A stretch of DNA of 64,000 nt. It comes from Balanoglossus misakiensis. Its lineage: Eukaryota; Animalia; Hemichordata. Shown piece after piece: positions 12,601 through 26,600 of this stretch. The DNA is taken from NCBI GenBank assembly GCA_040954595.2, contig CM082587.2, positions 5,692,206 through 5,756,205 on the forward strand. The letters run 5' to 3'. The position numbers and the translations under genes are program-made. A model generated the notes under the pieces. That model saw nothing but the letters and a program-made list of their open reading frames with translations. It was not told the origin of the DNA and did no database searches. Position 1 is the stretch's first letter. Each line of letters starts with the position of its first letter.

Positions 12601-15600
12601 AATCCTATCACCAAAATGCAAAGGCAGAACAATGTACATGTATGAACATTCAGTTCAGTACCACCAATGGCATCTGATCCACAGAGAATGGTGTGTGCAC
12701 TGCTTTTTATTCTGAACTGAGCTTCAGTTATGGTTAAGGAAGAAAAAAATATTTAAAATCACCAATAAATTACTAAGTATATATTTTTTAAATTCTGTTG
12801 CTTTTAGGCACTTTCAAATTGTGATCTGAATATTAGTACGTTGTACCCAGGGTGCAATTTCCACTCTGCGAACACTACAAAATACCCTCCTTATTAATAA
12901 GTATGTGATAACTTACTATGTACATGTACAAATGAACTGTTGAACTGTAATTATTCAAATCAACGTAAATATCGAGGGGCGATTTCAGTCGTGTATTATT
13001 ATTCATGAATAATGTGATTCGGATCCTGTCCTGTTCGGTCTGCAGAACATTTTGCATATTGATGAAGTCACGACTGCCTGCGCATGGCTGCTACCAGCAA
13101 ATTGCTTTCTTTGTAAATAAAAATAGACCAACATCATTCAGCAACAAAAGCTGCCCTAAATACATCTCCTTTGCCAGAATTCTGACGGACCATTATCTTT
13201 TTCACAATTTATATTGAAAATTCGCCTGTGGCGCTAAAATAAAATGCTCAAACGAGGAAAATTGATGATAAACTTATACACTAAAGTCTAAGTATATGTC
13301 CTATAGTTAACCCACCTTTTCACAGATACAAAACATCTGTGTTGTTTACATGTCAGATAAGCAAAAATGGCAACAGGAAAGTCAAAAATAATATCGACAT
13401 AAAATACGGTGTATTTAGACATCTGTACTTTGAAATCAGTTTTAATCATCCGTTTTCACATATGCGCACCAAAAGGGTTACAAAAATATATTCAGTCATG
13501 GTGCCATTATATTCAGTTTTGTGATACTTTCACTTATACGAGCAGAAGAGAAGTCCATATAGGGTGAGTATATATAGCAAATACATCTGTTTTGTATTCT
13601 TTTTTTAGAATCCATGTTATGAGTTCCTTTTTTTGTAAATAACAGGACTATAAACTGAAAACGATTCCAGAAACCTCTCACAATATTTAAATAGAAGAAC
13701 ATGAAGATCAAATTGTTTGGGCGTCACAGAGTGTAATACTGTCATCACTGCAGTGCTCCCATGACAACCATTGTGTCGGAGCAATGTTAAATTTTGGTGG
13801 GACAACAGAAAAAGGACAAGCAAACAGTTTTGTGCCCTAATACCATGCAACAGCTGCGAGAGATATCTAACGCGGACAGTAACTTAACTGCCAGTGCTTT
13901 GTGAGTATACACATTGTTTAATACAGGTTGGTGCTCTCATGGTATTTGCAATACGTTTGGTTTCTCACAAAGGACAGAAAAATGTTGGAACATCTTTCCA
14001 GCAGTCTACTAGAATATTTCTAGATGATACACAAGCATATGTATACATGTACAAGAATGTCATGCCACATATTTTAATCTGATATCAGCATCACTTTAAT
14101 TGATTTGTCGAGATCGAGTACTATATTATTATTGAACAATATCTTCTATAACATCATGTTTACATGTTTTTTGTTCAAAACAGACCAGTTAAATCGTTAA
14201 GCCTCTCTACACACGCAGCTAACACCTTTGTACATCACTCGATCACTAAATAGGATTGTAGAGCTAAGAAGAACTGACACAGTGACAGCTTCATCTTGGC
14301 TTATGGTGTATTGTGGATGTTGTTGCCATGGTTACAGTCCGCCAAGCTGTTATGGGGAAAGGCCCCTTATCTCATGGCTCTTGTAATTGATACCTGAACT
14401 CATCCATGCATGCTGTACGCGAAGAGGTCACACACAGAAGTTCTGAATAATTCTAAATATCATACATTACATAATGATAGAACCAGGAAATTATGTATCC
14501 TCCAAGTACTGTACTTAATAAAATATTATTGAGATGATTTCCGTTTTTTGATGAACACTGAAATAGTAATAACACTATTTTATACAACAATAACTGTGTG
14601 TAATTTTTTTTATTGTTTAGTATATTAATTTTTTCTGTGACAATCTCTACTGAATAGAAATAGGAAAATAAAAATTTAATTAAAATGAAATTGGAATAAT
14701 TGCCTCCTTATAAAAGTCTGAAACTCAATGCTGATTTTTGTGCTTTCTTTTCTGAAATATATCAAGTAAAAAAAATCACTTTTTCTTTCTACAATTGCAG
14801 ATGATATTGGTTGAACAAAAATGGCATTATACAGTTTTGTGTTAAGGTGTTAACAGACCTTATCTCTATTTTAATACCACACTGAGCATTGTAAAATTTA
14901 CAGTTAACAATGTCCACATTGCAGCTGTCACCACAATGTACGTCAACAGAAGATGTCACGCAATATGACAACAAATAGAAAATATTTTATCAACCAACAA
15001 TTTATATCACCCCTAAAATAATACTTATTTTGACCATAAATAAATACCGTTGTACTTGCAGACATGATTGGTCAAATTCCTCCAAAAGTCTGAAATTTCT
15101 GTTTGAAAATATTCATATGATAAAATCCATGCGTGTATCAAAATGCGTAGATGAACATACAGTGTACATAATTGGTTTTGCAAGGAACCATATGGAACAA
15201 ATGCTAATTTTGATGATGATGAAAAATAATACATGTACTGCATAATAATTAAGAGTGGTAGAAAAAATTATTTTCCCCAAAAATTTATAAATATGTCAAT
15301 GATTAAAGCAGTTTTCATTTAGGATATTTTAAAGTCACAGTACATTTATCAGGAATTATCAATAGCTACTGTTGAGTACATTGTCTATTTTGAGGACAAA
15401 TGTGGCTTTCATTAAAATTGGAAAATGATATATTCATAATGTACTGCTGGTACATGGTCCTCATGTGAGCTATTGTCATTTAAATTTTAGATTGATTTGC
15501 CATGCAGAAATATACACTCATGTTGTACATTACACGCAATTTCCACAACATCTGCGCGACCTCTCTTCAACTTTCACTTTTTTTCAGCGTTTTGATGGAA

Positions 15601-18600
15601 AACAGGCGCTGACTAATATAAGAATAGTTGATGACTGTTGCACAGCATTTTTATAATTTTGACTAACTCTATAAAGAAAGTCGTTGGCATTGGAAATCAA
15701 TTTCTAAACCTGGCAATATTTTATCGGTGTTGCTATATTTCACATTGGTACAACAATTTCTTCGGTGTCACATGGATCTATGTCACAGTCAATGACCTGA
15801 GAAATAGAAGTAAGTTACATCATTTTTGGATACAGCTGTCCCAACAAATCTTCTCCGCTTTTTTTTATGATTTAATGGTTAATCTCAACACTAAATACAT
15901 CTGCACATTTACAGAGCAAAATTCGTTCAAAACACTCGCAGCTATTGGTTTATGGATTAACTCCTTGCATTGAAAGAACGCAAGAATTCATTGAATCGAA
16001 ATCTCACCCAAATTGATTTTCTTTGAACTGTGGTGACGTACAGTGATAACATTACAAGTTAGGTTCGTTTCCTATATGACATGCAGACAATCATTAGACA
16101 ATATATTTGAGCTCATCCTTCAGTTTTCAATTACTTGATGACCCAAATACACAGCCGGAAAAGAAGGTGAAAGGGTCAGTTTATATTTGTAAATCCATTC
16201 AGCAACTTGTTTTCGGAATTGACATTCCAGAATCATGCATCATGTTGGTCCATTTTTATCTGAGATATTTGGTCAAGTGAACATTGTTTGTTAATAAGTG
16301 CCCAAATCATTTCCCTTGGCGAAATATCTTCATCCAAAAGTCCAGTTATTAGATCTTAAATTTGTTTCCTATAGTAAGTTTGGACCTCTACAGAGGGTAC
16401 TGGGGGTGAAAGGGTTAATAAAAATAACTGTACCGGTACAGAAGTTACCAATGCAGCTCTGACGGGGACAAATCCCACCAACCCCAAACCCTATCACACT
16501 CACTCTTCGTACCCAGACCAAACAATTGAAACCTGATCTGATTATTTGAGCTGGCTTAAAACCTACTATTAACCCTATTGCTACCGGGTGTCATAACCCG
16601 TTAGAGTCTCAAGTCCATATAGATACGTATCATCACTGGAATACGTATTTAGACAGTGTTGGTTTCTTTGATTAGCTGCCATGTGTGTATTTAGACAGGG
16701 TCGTTTGCCTCAATCTAGCTGTATCCACTGTTTATGATCATCTTGGCCTGATCAAATTACCCAGCAGAGGCGGTTTAGTATGTACTCAGCTGTTCAAATA
16801 TTTGACATTACACAGTCTGATACCAATTCATTTCTCCACAGTCAAGTATGCCCGGGATTCTAGGGGGGTAGGAAAATAACTACGTTTCCTACTGACTTGG
16901 CACTGTTAGGGTTAAAGGCAATGTCCTCAGCGAACCCTACAAGTACCAGTCAAGCACTTAGGATTAATTACGCAATAAAAAGATTTATTTAGATTATTAC
17001 AGATATTATGTTCTAAAGTATATGTAGTTTAAGTGAAATGTGAATAATTTGCATCAGAACAATGAACAGGAAACGTGACAACGGAAACCACCGATCCATT
17101 TCCGACAAAATTAGTATGGATTGATTTGGAGCTGAATAGATGTACAGAACTGCCTAACCTGTATCTAACCTAAAGTAACCCATACCTTTATATAACAATA
17201 GGAATTACCATATCATGGTACAACTTTTAGTGTACTTTATAGAAAATTGCTACCTCCAGATGTAATTTTCTCTATTCCGTTTTTAATAATCACTGTTTCC
17301 TACTAAAGTGACTGCCTCCACTTCTTCTGGTCACGACTCAATACAATTATACTTCAGTGTTCTCAGAAAAGTAGGCGTGCAAAATCAACACCGAAAGCAA
17401 GTAATATATCCTACAGGTGGCCTGTCTATTTCAAACACAATGCCCATGATCTTCTTGGTAAACTCACGGGGCATTTGCTGCGTACAATTGGAGACAGTGG
17501 TAGCTTTTCTTCTCTCAGGTACTTGGGATTCCACCCACACAAACTCTGACTGACCAACCTACCTCAGGGGGTGTGCATACCAAAATGAAACGACATGCTT
17601 TCAATAGTATATGATATATTGAATTCAAGATCTAGTGAAGTGCTATACAGTTCAGAAGAGTAGCGATTGAAAACAATGCTTGATTGCACTGAGAAAAACC
17701 AACAAAAGTACGCGAGATTTTTCAAAACAATTCAACTGACTTTTGCTCATAAATTATGAATATCATTACAGTTGCTTGTCAGTTTACCAGACAATCACTA
17801 GCAGTTCGTTCAATCAAGCTGTTTAATAATCACATTTACCCATCAATGCATTGTGTAGTTTTAATTAAAAGACTGCTTAATTGCTCTCTGACAATGCCTG
17901 GCTATTTTGCAGCAACTATGTGCTTTTATGCCGTAATAGCAAAGCATGGCAGAATGCATTATGCAAGTTGCCATTTACATTTGCGGCAACACTGACAATG
18001 GAACATGTAATGGTATTGATTAATCCGACAAGGCCATCCATGGCATTATTCATCTGTGGAGCCTTAGCTGACACCACAGCTAAACAAACCAGGCCAGTTG
18101 ATTTGATTGTTTTCATATTCCGTTTGTATTAATGTGTCTTACAGTGGTCATAATTATGGTGGTGGTTGTGACAGTGATGGTAATTATTTTACATTGACTG
18201 TTGTTCTTCACTCCCACAAGTAGTCCCACTATATGATACACTTGTACCATAAATCAAATGATCATTTGATTTGATGCATATGTATCAAATCAACTGATCA
18301 TCTGAGGCCAGGATTTCTCGCAGGCCTGACTTACCCTAGCAGCTTCATCATGACTGATCCGCTCGAAAGGAATGTCATTTGCTTGTAAAATTTGATCTCC
18401 AGCCTGGAGGCCGATCCTTTCCGCCGTGCTTTCTGCTTCCACGTACGAAATAAAAATCCCCACACCGTGTTCCGATCCACCCCTAATGCTAAACCCCAGT
18501 CCGTCGTCTGCATGCGATTTCTTCAGAAGAATCTTGCGGACGTCCTTGTAGGCGTCAGAAGCGAATTTCCGACCGGTGGATTTCTTGACAGTTTTCCCGT

Positions 18601-19030
18601 GCGGCTCCGTTGTCCTGAAGCTTTGTTGTTGATGTTGATTTCCGTTGGGTAATGGTATCCTGCCTTTCGGGGGCAAACTGGAGGACCTGTTTACGCTACC
18701 GAATCGAGGAACCAGACTGTCCGTGTACCGCTTGTAGAGTGCCTGGTCGGAAGTGGGAATCACTTGGCCGAGCAACGTGTAAAGGGTCCGCTTTTCCGGC
18801 GTATCCAGAACGACTCTCAGCGCTTGCACCAAATCGTAAACATTGCGGCGAGCGTGATAATCGTTCAAGGCGTGCACAAAATAAGCCCGGTCTCCCTCGC
18901 CGAGAAGGGTGTTCAGAGAATCGTGGAGCCGCCTGACGTTTGTGGACAGCGTCCGCCTGCCAATCGGCTGCGGCGAGGGGTCCCTCCTCCACGATCGACT
19001 GGTATACACACTCCGTGGCAGGGTCGACAT
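2671..19030 (-). CDS. WHRN: Whirlin (multi-PDZ scaffold, Usher syndrome 2D/DFNB31 orthologue), long isoform of about 1156 aa in 13 coding exons
   Basis: GT-AG exons with consistent phases: 18335-19030, 11121-11333, 10673-10798, 10255-10533, 9633-9848, 9408-9503, 9154-9306, 8535-8621, 7744-7955, 5349-5568, 3695-4516, 3061-3216, 2671-2865. Motifs match whirlin: HHD1 (LSTNVRRLHDSLNTLL...RNVYDLVQALRVVLDTPEKR), PDZ1 (GLGFSIRGGSEHGVGIFIS), YTWVDPHGRSVSPP, PDZ2 (SLGLMIRGGTEFGLGIYITGVD...VKDVGKLPYARTTYD), HHD2 (IEEQARHLLN...FSLLSEVR), SEDSGVD, PDZ3 (TLGIAVEGGAGTKQPLPKVINIQ|YGGSA...HRDAAKLIAEAFK). Confidence 0.93.
3641..3672. repeat. (GA)16 microsatellite in a whirlin intron
   Basis: Perfect GA dinucleotide run. 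Confidence 0.95.
5850..5919 (-). terminator. Candidate intronic polyadenylation signal of whirlin
   Basis: Plus-strand TTTATT at 5914-5919 reads AATAAA on the minus strand and is followed by a strongly GU-rich tract (TGTGTGTATTTTTGTTATTGTCCTGTTGCTGTT). Confidence 0.45.
6714..7581 (-). CDS. WHRN: Putative alternative 3' exons of a short whirlin isoform lacking PDZ3
   Basis: Exon 7487-7581 (AG acceptor, GTATGA donor), optional 18-nt microexon 6868-6885 and terminal exon 6714-6763 continue exon 7744-7955 in frame to ...SPTKR-SASPKR-AFPILTTEGRHYHLPF*. Confidence 0.5.
9333..9385. mobile_element. Solo terminal fragment of the Kolobok-like MITE family, inside a 101-bp whirlin intron
   Basis: tcaaacataattattggaaaaagggcagcaagagtgagactttgtccctgttaa matches the right TIR of the element at 23095-23650. 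Confidence 0.7.
11642..14335. promoter_or_regulatory. RFX X-box-like motifs in whirlin intron 1
   Basis: GTTGCCATGCCAAC at 11642-11655, GTTTCCATGGTTAC at 12159-12172 and GTTGCCATGGTTAC at 14322-14335 (reverse complement GTAACCATGGCAAC). Confidence 0.45.
16569..16915. mobile_element. Possible piggyBac-type non-autonomous element of about 340 bp
   Basis: TTAA-CCCTA ... TAGGG-TTAA termini. The inverted match is short, so the call is weak. Confidence 0.35.
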
Positions 19031-19299
19031 TTTTGCTTCCTACCTACGTGGTGGTGGTGGGGATGTAAACGACAGGATCCAAAAATCACCACCTGTATGT
19101 TTGATACAACAACTCTCAAAAGACACCTTATTACTCCCTCGGTTTTCTTCACGGTCGGTAACAACTCACCACAGCACACTCACAAGACTTCCGCGAGACC
19201 ATTTTCGCCGCGAATTCACCGAATACCGGAAAAAAATCAGGCTTCTGGATGTTCACTTTCTGAGGTATTTCCGATGGAGGAAAACACGGCTTCTGCAAA

Positions 19300-20425
19300 T
19301 TACGTAGATGTACGCAGACTGATTACGCAGTCTGCTTACAGCACGCTGATTGGTCAATTTGATTATATTGGCAACTGACCTTAGGCCTCGGGCTTTTCAC
19401 TCTCGATTTTATGCCCCTTTCCTTCGTTTTCAGTCAGTAATTGCCATTTTTCATACACTTGAATCCACAAACTTGTGTAATCCACCGAATGGTATACCAA
19501 AGCTGCTCCGTGCGCCGTTATTGTTTGTAAAAACCGGCTTCTTTTGTCCAAACAATGTATGTTTTTAAAAAAGTGAAAGTGTAAACTATACTAGCTGAAG
19601 CTAACGCAGGAGGGCGCACTGCATAACCTTCTATCAGCTCAAGGTCAGGGCTCACAGTACAGCTTTGGTCAAGTTAAAACCCAAGTAAAACACAAATGGT
19701 AGACTGGCGCATTATGCGAATATGCCCGTGACGTATACTCCTTCCTTATAACAGAATCCGACAAACCTCTTTTTTTTTCTTGTTGAAAAGTTCCCCTTTC
19801 AAAGTTTAGGAGTATCTCACCAGTTTATAGAGCTGGGTCAATATTTCAAAGTTCACTTATAGACTTGAGTACGAATTGTACGTTATGAGAACAAGTCAAA
19901 GTAATTCTCATATGTACAAAGTACCTAGTGTATATTTGTATTTACAAACTTTTCTGAACAAAATTGGCCCAGTAGTCAGAGAACATCACACATGTCCCAG
20001 ACTCTCGAGAAAACTTCACGTCTGGAGACTGGATTGGAAACAAAATAAAGTTACCCCAATAAGCAACAGAAGTTTGAATTAGTGAATGACAGTACAGTAA
20101 ATAGAAAAAATCGTCGAAGTTGTATGCATTTTACACCCAATTATGTGTTTTTCTACGTCTTTTCGCAAGCCAGAAAATGCGCTTTACGTCTTGTAAATAG
20201 CGCCACCCAAATTAAAGCGTCTTGGCTCTTGCGAGTTATGTAAATGAGCTGAAGTGTCAATGATATCAACAGACGCCATTTTTGATTCTGCTTCAATCGC
20301 CCAGGAAGTTGTGAACTCGGTCAGCTGTTGCATTCTACCACCGTTCTGGAGCGATCGCGACGCCCTGAGATGCCGAAGTAGTAGTGCACTCAAGGGAAAC
20401 ACGGACGTGGAGGTTTAGAGTAAGT
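19300..20425. promoter_or_regulatory. Putative divergent promoter region for whirlin (-) and AKNA (+), with a candidate non-coding AKNA first exon
   Basis: CpG-containing stretches at both ends, a CCAAT box (ATTGG 19349-19353) upstream of the whirlin ATG, a YY1-like CGCCATTTT near 20274 and a plus-strand GTAAGT donor at 20420. Confidence 0.4.
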
Positions 20426-23094
20426 GCTGTCGCAGATTTTACGAAAATCGGTGGATTTTGAAGAATCGTGCATGTCGCAGCTTGCGCGATGATGCGGAGG
20501 TGTGCGTGCAAAACATTGACATTTATTCAAAACTTTGCGTCCAGTGTTTTATCACAACATCAACAGAGATTCTAGCGGAAGTAATATTTTGGCTGTCCAC
20601 CACGCTTTGCAGAAACAACCACAGCCCTTTACTTCATTGATAAGACGGAGATCTCTGTTGCAAGTGTTTGAAATAAGTTAACGATATTTGTCGGCTTATT
20701 GCATTGGCTGGGCCGAGCGGCGGCGCATGGCGTCTGTAGCAACGCCAACTGGCAACCAACCATCAGCTGCGCTTACTTTAATTTTGCATCGGCCTGGAAG
20801 TCGTTCAGAATTCTTAAAATTTCAGCAGAATACGTGATACCAGCAGGTGAAAGGGAATCGTACAGAGCGAAATATGCGACACGGAAATAAAACGACCCGC
20901 TTTGCCGGTGTCATCTAACAGACTATACCAATAACTCTTGTCACTTTCACCATGTGTAACTTGCAATATACTGTACAGTGTTGTATGTGGTGGTTTAGTG
21001 TCACCACCAACAAAAACAAACAAAAGCAAACTTTTTTTCTAATGAAATATAAAACCTAATGACCGTGGAATTAATTAATTTCTAAGAAAAATCTGTTGAC
21101 TCCCCCCCCCCCCCCCCCCCTTTTCGGCTTTTGATATAGCAAATGTTACTTCAATCAGTGGGAGTTTCAACTATCATCACGCACTGTGAATCCGATTCTT
21201 GGCAATATCCCAAGAACTGTTGTTGCCGTAAAAATCATTCTTTCTTTGTGTTTTAACTCAACAGTGCTTGTTGTTCATTGTGTTGAGGGCGATCCTTTGT
21301 TTTCCTTCCTGTTTGGAAACAATCAAATTCTGGCTTGTAAACTATGTTGGAGCTGGCAATTTGTCAGGTGAAACTGTCACACATGGATGTATGTACTATC
21401 ACCTTTTCTGCCAAGATTTGCTGTCACACCCCGCGGTTGCTTGCTGTATTACTACACCATTTGAAATTTCCACAGACTACTAGGCAAAAAGAGGGCCGGG
21501 GGTACAATGTACATACTACATGTTGAAATATGATAGATATTTTGTGTTGACTGTTCTAAAACCTGGCTAACTATCGGATACTTAAAAATGAATTGACAAG
21601 GGCACAGTGCTTGAGAGATGCGCTCCATAAACTCAACACTGAAACTGACAATTTTATATGCTGTGAAGGGGTCTAGCAAACAGTTGCGTGTGTTAGTTAA
21701 GGTGACAAAGATACACTCTATGGTATTTAAGGTATTAATGTCATCAAAACCCATTTGTCATTGTTGCAGCTGTCAAAATTTGAAAATAAATGATATTGCC
21801 TCGACAGGTTGTACAAACGCAATTTACCATTTTTCATTGAGCAACAGGTGGTCTCTGGCAATCGGTCAGTCTTGTCTACCAGGAATGATACCACCAGTAT
21901 ACTATCTGCCCTGTGATCACATTGATTGATTTTTCTGTGACTGGACAATTAAATTGAACCAGTTGAAATAAGACAATGGCAAATAAACCTAGTTGGGCGG
22001 TGTTATTTCCCTCGTGAAAATTAAAGAACGGACGTTGAGTGTGAATTCTTTCAACTCATAAAACACCATAAAGCAACACAGTGTACTTATGACAAACCCT
22101 TTGCGTGTACAGCTCAAAGAAGGGTTTAATAATTTAGGCTTTACTTTGTATTTAGTGAGTGTTAAAATAGCATATATTGATTGTGATCTGTCTATATATG
22201 GTCTGGCCTTGGTTTTTAACTCCATGATTGTTTTTTGTTTTGAGAACGTTCTTCTACATTGCACATTTCGTTTTAGCAATACATGTTTTAAGGAGACAAT
22301 TACCAGAATTGCTCTTTCAATTATATCCCTTAGTCTTTTCAAAGTCTAGTCGTGGGCATGGCAGATTACATGAATGATCAAGCCAACATGGCCGGCTGTG
22401 GCATGTCAAATTTACGAGCAACGAACAGGCATGCAAGCTCTATCTAACCATAGAAAAAAATTGCATTGTGACAGTAATTTTGAAAGTTTGCCAAGGAATT
22501 CCCTCTGGAGACCTCTTGACAATTGACAAGCCTTGTAAACCAGCCAAGATGGTTGTTCGACAGCACCCGAGGGATTTTCATTCCCTGGTCGTAACAGACC
22601 AACATATTTTCAAACAAAATCAAGTGCGAAAAATATACTGTCAACCTTTTGATATCACTAATTGAGAACTTCCCCATTGAAGTGAATGTGGAAGTTCTAA
22701 TGTTTGCTTTACAAACCAATTTTTTTTTTTTTTACGTACCATAGTAATGTCAGTCACATTCCTGAATGTAGTATTTATCAATTGTATTTTATAACATTAT
22801 GGCATGTGGTTTTTGGCTGTAATCATTGATTTTTTCACTTTTGGGTCATTGCTTATAGCTCCAAGCAAAGCATGGAGGTATTCCAATTATTTGGTGCCAC
22901 CAAGGTGAGACTGCATATTGAAGTGGCGTTTGTTGAGGGCACGATCGCATCTGTTCTATTTGTCTGTATACAGCTCAGTTGTGCCGACTGGTTTACAGTT
23001 ACTGAGCGTTTAGAAAGCCTCTTGTTGTCAGATTCATAAAAATACCATTATCAGAGGCATTGTACGTAATGCAAGTACAGAAAGTTTTCCAGTA

Positions 23095-23650
23095 TTAAAG
23101 GGACAAAGTCTCTCTCTCACTTTTCTTTTCCCATTTATTATGTTTGATTCACTACACTGTTTATGCTAATGCATATGTGGATATATAGTGAATCAACATT
23201 CAACCATCACGTTTGTAGGATATGAGAGTAAAAATCTTGCCAAAATGAATAAATGGTAAACACCGAATATTCATTTTGGCGAGTTTTTCACTCTCGTGTC
23301 TACAAGTGGGATGGAAGGTGTGTGTGGTTGAACTATGAGTAAAATTTCTCCATAATGTTTACCATAGAGATTGTCAAAGTCACTAAATTTGGCGGCCATT
23401 TTGAATGCCATAGACTAAGCACAGATATAGGCGGCCATTTTGAACTTCAAATTTGGCGGCCATTTTGAAAGTCTTAATTTCAAGGCAATTTTGAAAAGAC
23501 CCCCCCCCCCTCCCCCCTACTTTAATGAGGAAATGAAGAATTATTTTCGGCAATAAATGAATAATCTAAAGTAGCCAAACATCAATGGTGTTTTGTATCA
23601 AACATAATTAATGGGAAAAGGGCAGCAAGAGAGAGACTTAGTCCTTTTAA
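23095..23650. mobile_element. Kolobok-like MITE (TTAA target duplication, ~50-bp imperfect TIRs)
   Basis: Left end TTAA-AGGGACAAAGTCTCTCTCTCAC...CTTTTCCCATTTATTATGTTTGAT; right end reverse complement TTAA-AAGGACTAAGTCTCTCTCTTGC...CTTTTCCCATTAATTATGTTTGAT. Purine-start termini with TTAA fit the Kolobok superfamily. Further end copies lie at 9333 and 47162. Confidence 0.75.
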
Positions 23651-26600
23651 GTCAAGCGACCATGAAATTGTCATTTTAAGCCTTGGTTTTCTTGACACAT
23701 ATACAGCCCTACAAACATTCAGGTAGAGACAGACAGAGATAGTGATATTGAGACAGACAGACAGACAGACAATGGAGCGTGCAAGTGGGAGAGAAGGGCA
23801 CACACAAAGATACGCCAAGGTTTTGATGCTAAATAAGAGCTGGTATATAGCCAAGTAGCCACAAGGTTGCTGTTTCATCCTGCACATTGGTACACATATC
23901 TGCACGCACGTTAAATTCTACGAGATCAACTCTCAAGCATGTCATACCAATTGATTTGTCAACATTGATTTTTTGATAACTGTTTATCCAAAGTTCCTCC
24001 ACAGCACTTTGTCAATGTCATTACCAGAACTACATGCAAGCCCCTTGTCAGTTTCTACACGATACCATTGTACATGTATCATATAGGTAATGGGTTGTTG
24101 CCATTATTAACCTACATACATGTATTTGACAGTGTAGTAACACACATACACGCACGTACACATGCATAATCGCATGTGCTCTACTTGTACAGTGAGAATG
24201 CCAGATTCTTGTGAATTCCAGTTGGTGTCGCAGTTCAATACAGTAATGTGGGAAGGTAATGCAGGAACCTGTGATTTGACGTCAGTTTGTCTAAATATAC
24301 ATTTACTTCCCTACATAAATCATTCCTGGTCTAATAACACAGTAGGATTTCTTCTGGTTGGTTGATTAAGGCCCACAATACTTATTGCTGTGCGTATTAT
24401 AACTAACATGCTTCATAAAAGTATGTGCACAGATTTTTTGGGCTAGTTTTTGGAAGTTGTCTGTGGATAGTGACAACACTAGTGGCACTGTGCGATTTTA
24501 ATATTAGGAGCATTGGTACAGGCTTGCAGACAGTCAAATAAAGACATTTTCATTTAACGTTCGCTGCGCACTGTCTTTACAATGGGCATTGTACTTTTGT
24601 CACATGGGCGAAGAATATGGGACGCCTCTGTCCCTGTTATCAGTTGGAGCGAGCTCTGCCTGCGTATTGTCCGTTGGTTGGAATTGAGCCAAAATTCCAT
24701 AGCTGTCCGGCACTTGGTGCGGACTGAAGGTCAAATTGCTCTATAGTGATTTGTTGGAGAGAAGCCTTCAGTTAATTCAACGGAATGCTGTAACTGCCGT
24801 GAGTTTGTCTGCGTTCAAACGGTTAAAGGGAACAAGTGAGGCGTTCGCTTCCCATTTTGTAGGTGCGAGTGCCGTCCAATCTCTGGATTTCAAGTTGATA
24901 GACTCTGCTGCGATTTGCCGTGGGCTGGTTCTCTCTGAAATGGAGTGAGTAGACTTTGCTTGAGTGTTTGCACTGTATTACATGTGCACTACAGCCTGTG
25001 GGTCGGCCCTGGGATATATTTAATGGCTGTTCAGGTAGGCGTCAATCATTGAGAAAGAATTGGGCTTGTTGTCAACACCTTAGCTCCACGCATAGAGTTG
25101 TCTTCGTGATCAGTTTGGTGGCAATCTGCATCGGTACAATTGCTGAAATCTTGGTGATTTTGATTGCCTGTTAGTCTGGTGCCCAGGACAGTATCTCACA
25201 TGTGAATATGACAGATCTAGACCACATCATGTCTTAATTCATCATGCTAGATTGCGTGAATGGCACTCCTACAAGATGGGTCTGTGTATATATTTTGGTT
25301 CAGTGTACAAATGTACCATCATGGCAAGCCAGTTCAACAGGTAACATACACTGTACATGTTTAAAAGACTAATACTGGAGACAGGTAGATATTTGTTGAT
25401 GAAATTAGATGTTTGCTGTTGAAATGTAGTGTCAAACTTCTATGAGAAACAAGGATACGTGTAGTATATAATGTAGCAATGAAAATACACATACATTGTA
25501 CCATACAAATTACAATATGCATCTACAAGAATGCAATGAACTTAAATACTAACTTTCATGGATTTTAATTTAACAGAGTTGAAATAGGTTACTGAGAAAG
25601 AGTACATGTATGAACCAAAAGTTTGTTAATAATTTACCCCAGTACAGTGCTTGTGAGTAATACGTACTACATATACCTGTAATGGATTCTACACTGACTA
25701 CATGTACATCCATGTCAAGATAATTGTACCCAAAATATCAAAGTTAATACAACCAAAGTCAGCTTTATTGTTGTCAGAATAATGGCTTGTAAACTTTGTT
25801 TATACCGTCATATTTGTCAGCCAGAATGAGCCAGGCGGCCAAACAAGCACCCCCATTTCCATTGTCATACGGCAAATACTTCACCTGTGTATTTGCGCAT
25901 TTGCCATGTGCATGCCATTATTTGCACTGTTCGTATCTTTCAAGTGTGAATTCCATTTAAGTAGGACAGACTTGTTTGTTACTGAGGTTCGTATCTGATG
26001 GGAGCCCGGTGCTTACATAATAGAATTAATTGTATTAATCAATTTAACATTGTTTGAATTGTATTGTATAGGAAGTATTACATTTATGCATTTTAAATAT
26101 TCCCTCAAATGCATGCGATATGATCAATTAAATTTGCATGACACCTGTTGATATGTCAATGTCATTAATATGTGGATTCAATGTCACATATTGATGACAT
26201 TGACACATCAACAATTAGAATATCAGTAAATGATCCTCCAAGGAAAATAAAAATATTGTTGTCACCTGTAGTGTTTATGTCAGCAATTCTTTTAATAATC
26301 CTCAATTTGAAGTGATTATGTCCGAGGCCTCTACTGCATGTATGCGAGTGTTTGTTAAAGTGCAGCTAACATGCCCACTATACCAGCACATTATCTATAT
26401 TTAGGCTCATTTACAGCCTAATCCGTTTGGACAGTTCCATTATTTGGATAGAGGTGGTTGGGATTGGATGCTGGTTAGGCAAACCATATACTGACAGCAT
26501 TTTATCAGTAGAGCTTACAGAGTATTATTTCGCTCGCTCATAAAGATCATTTGAAAACGTGTGATAGTTTAGGCAGAAGGAAAATGTTGGTTCCGTTCAG

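Noticed and set aside
21102-21120. Poly-C run (and poly-G run at about 40895-40912) as G-quadruplex elements
   Set aside because: Simple homopolymers with no further support.
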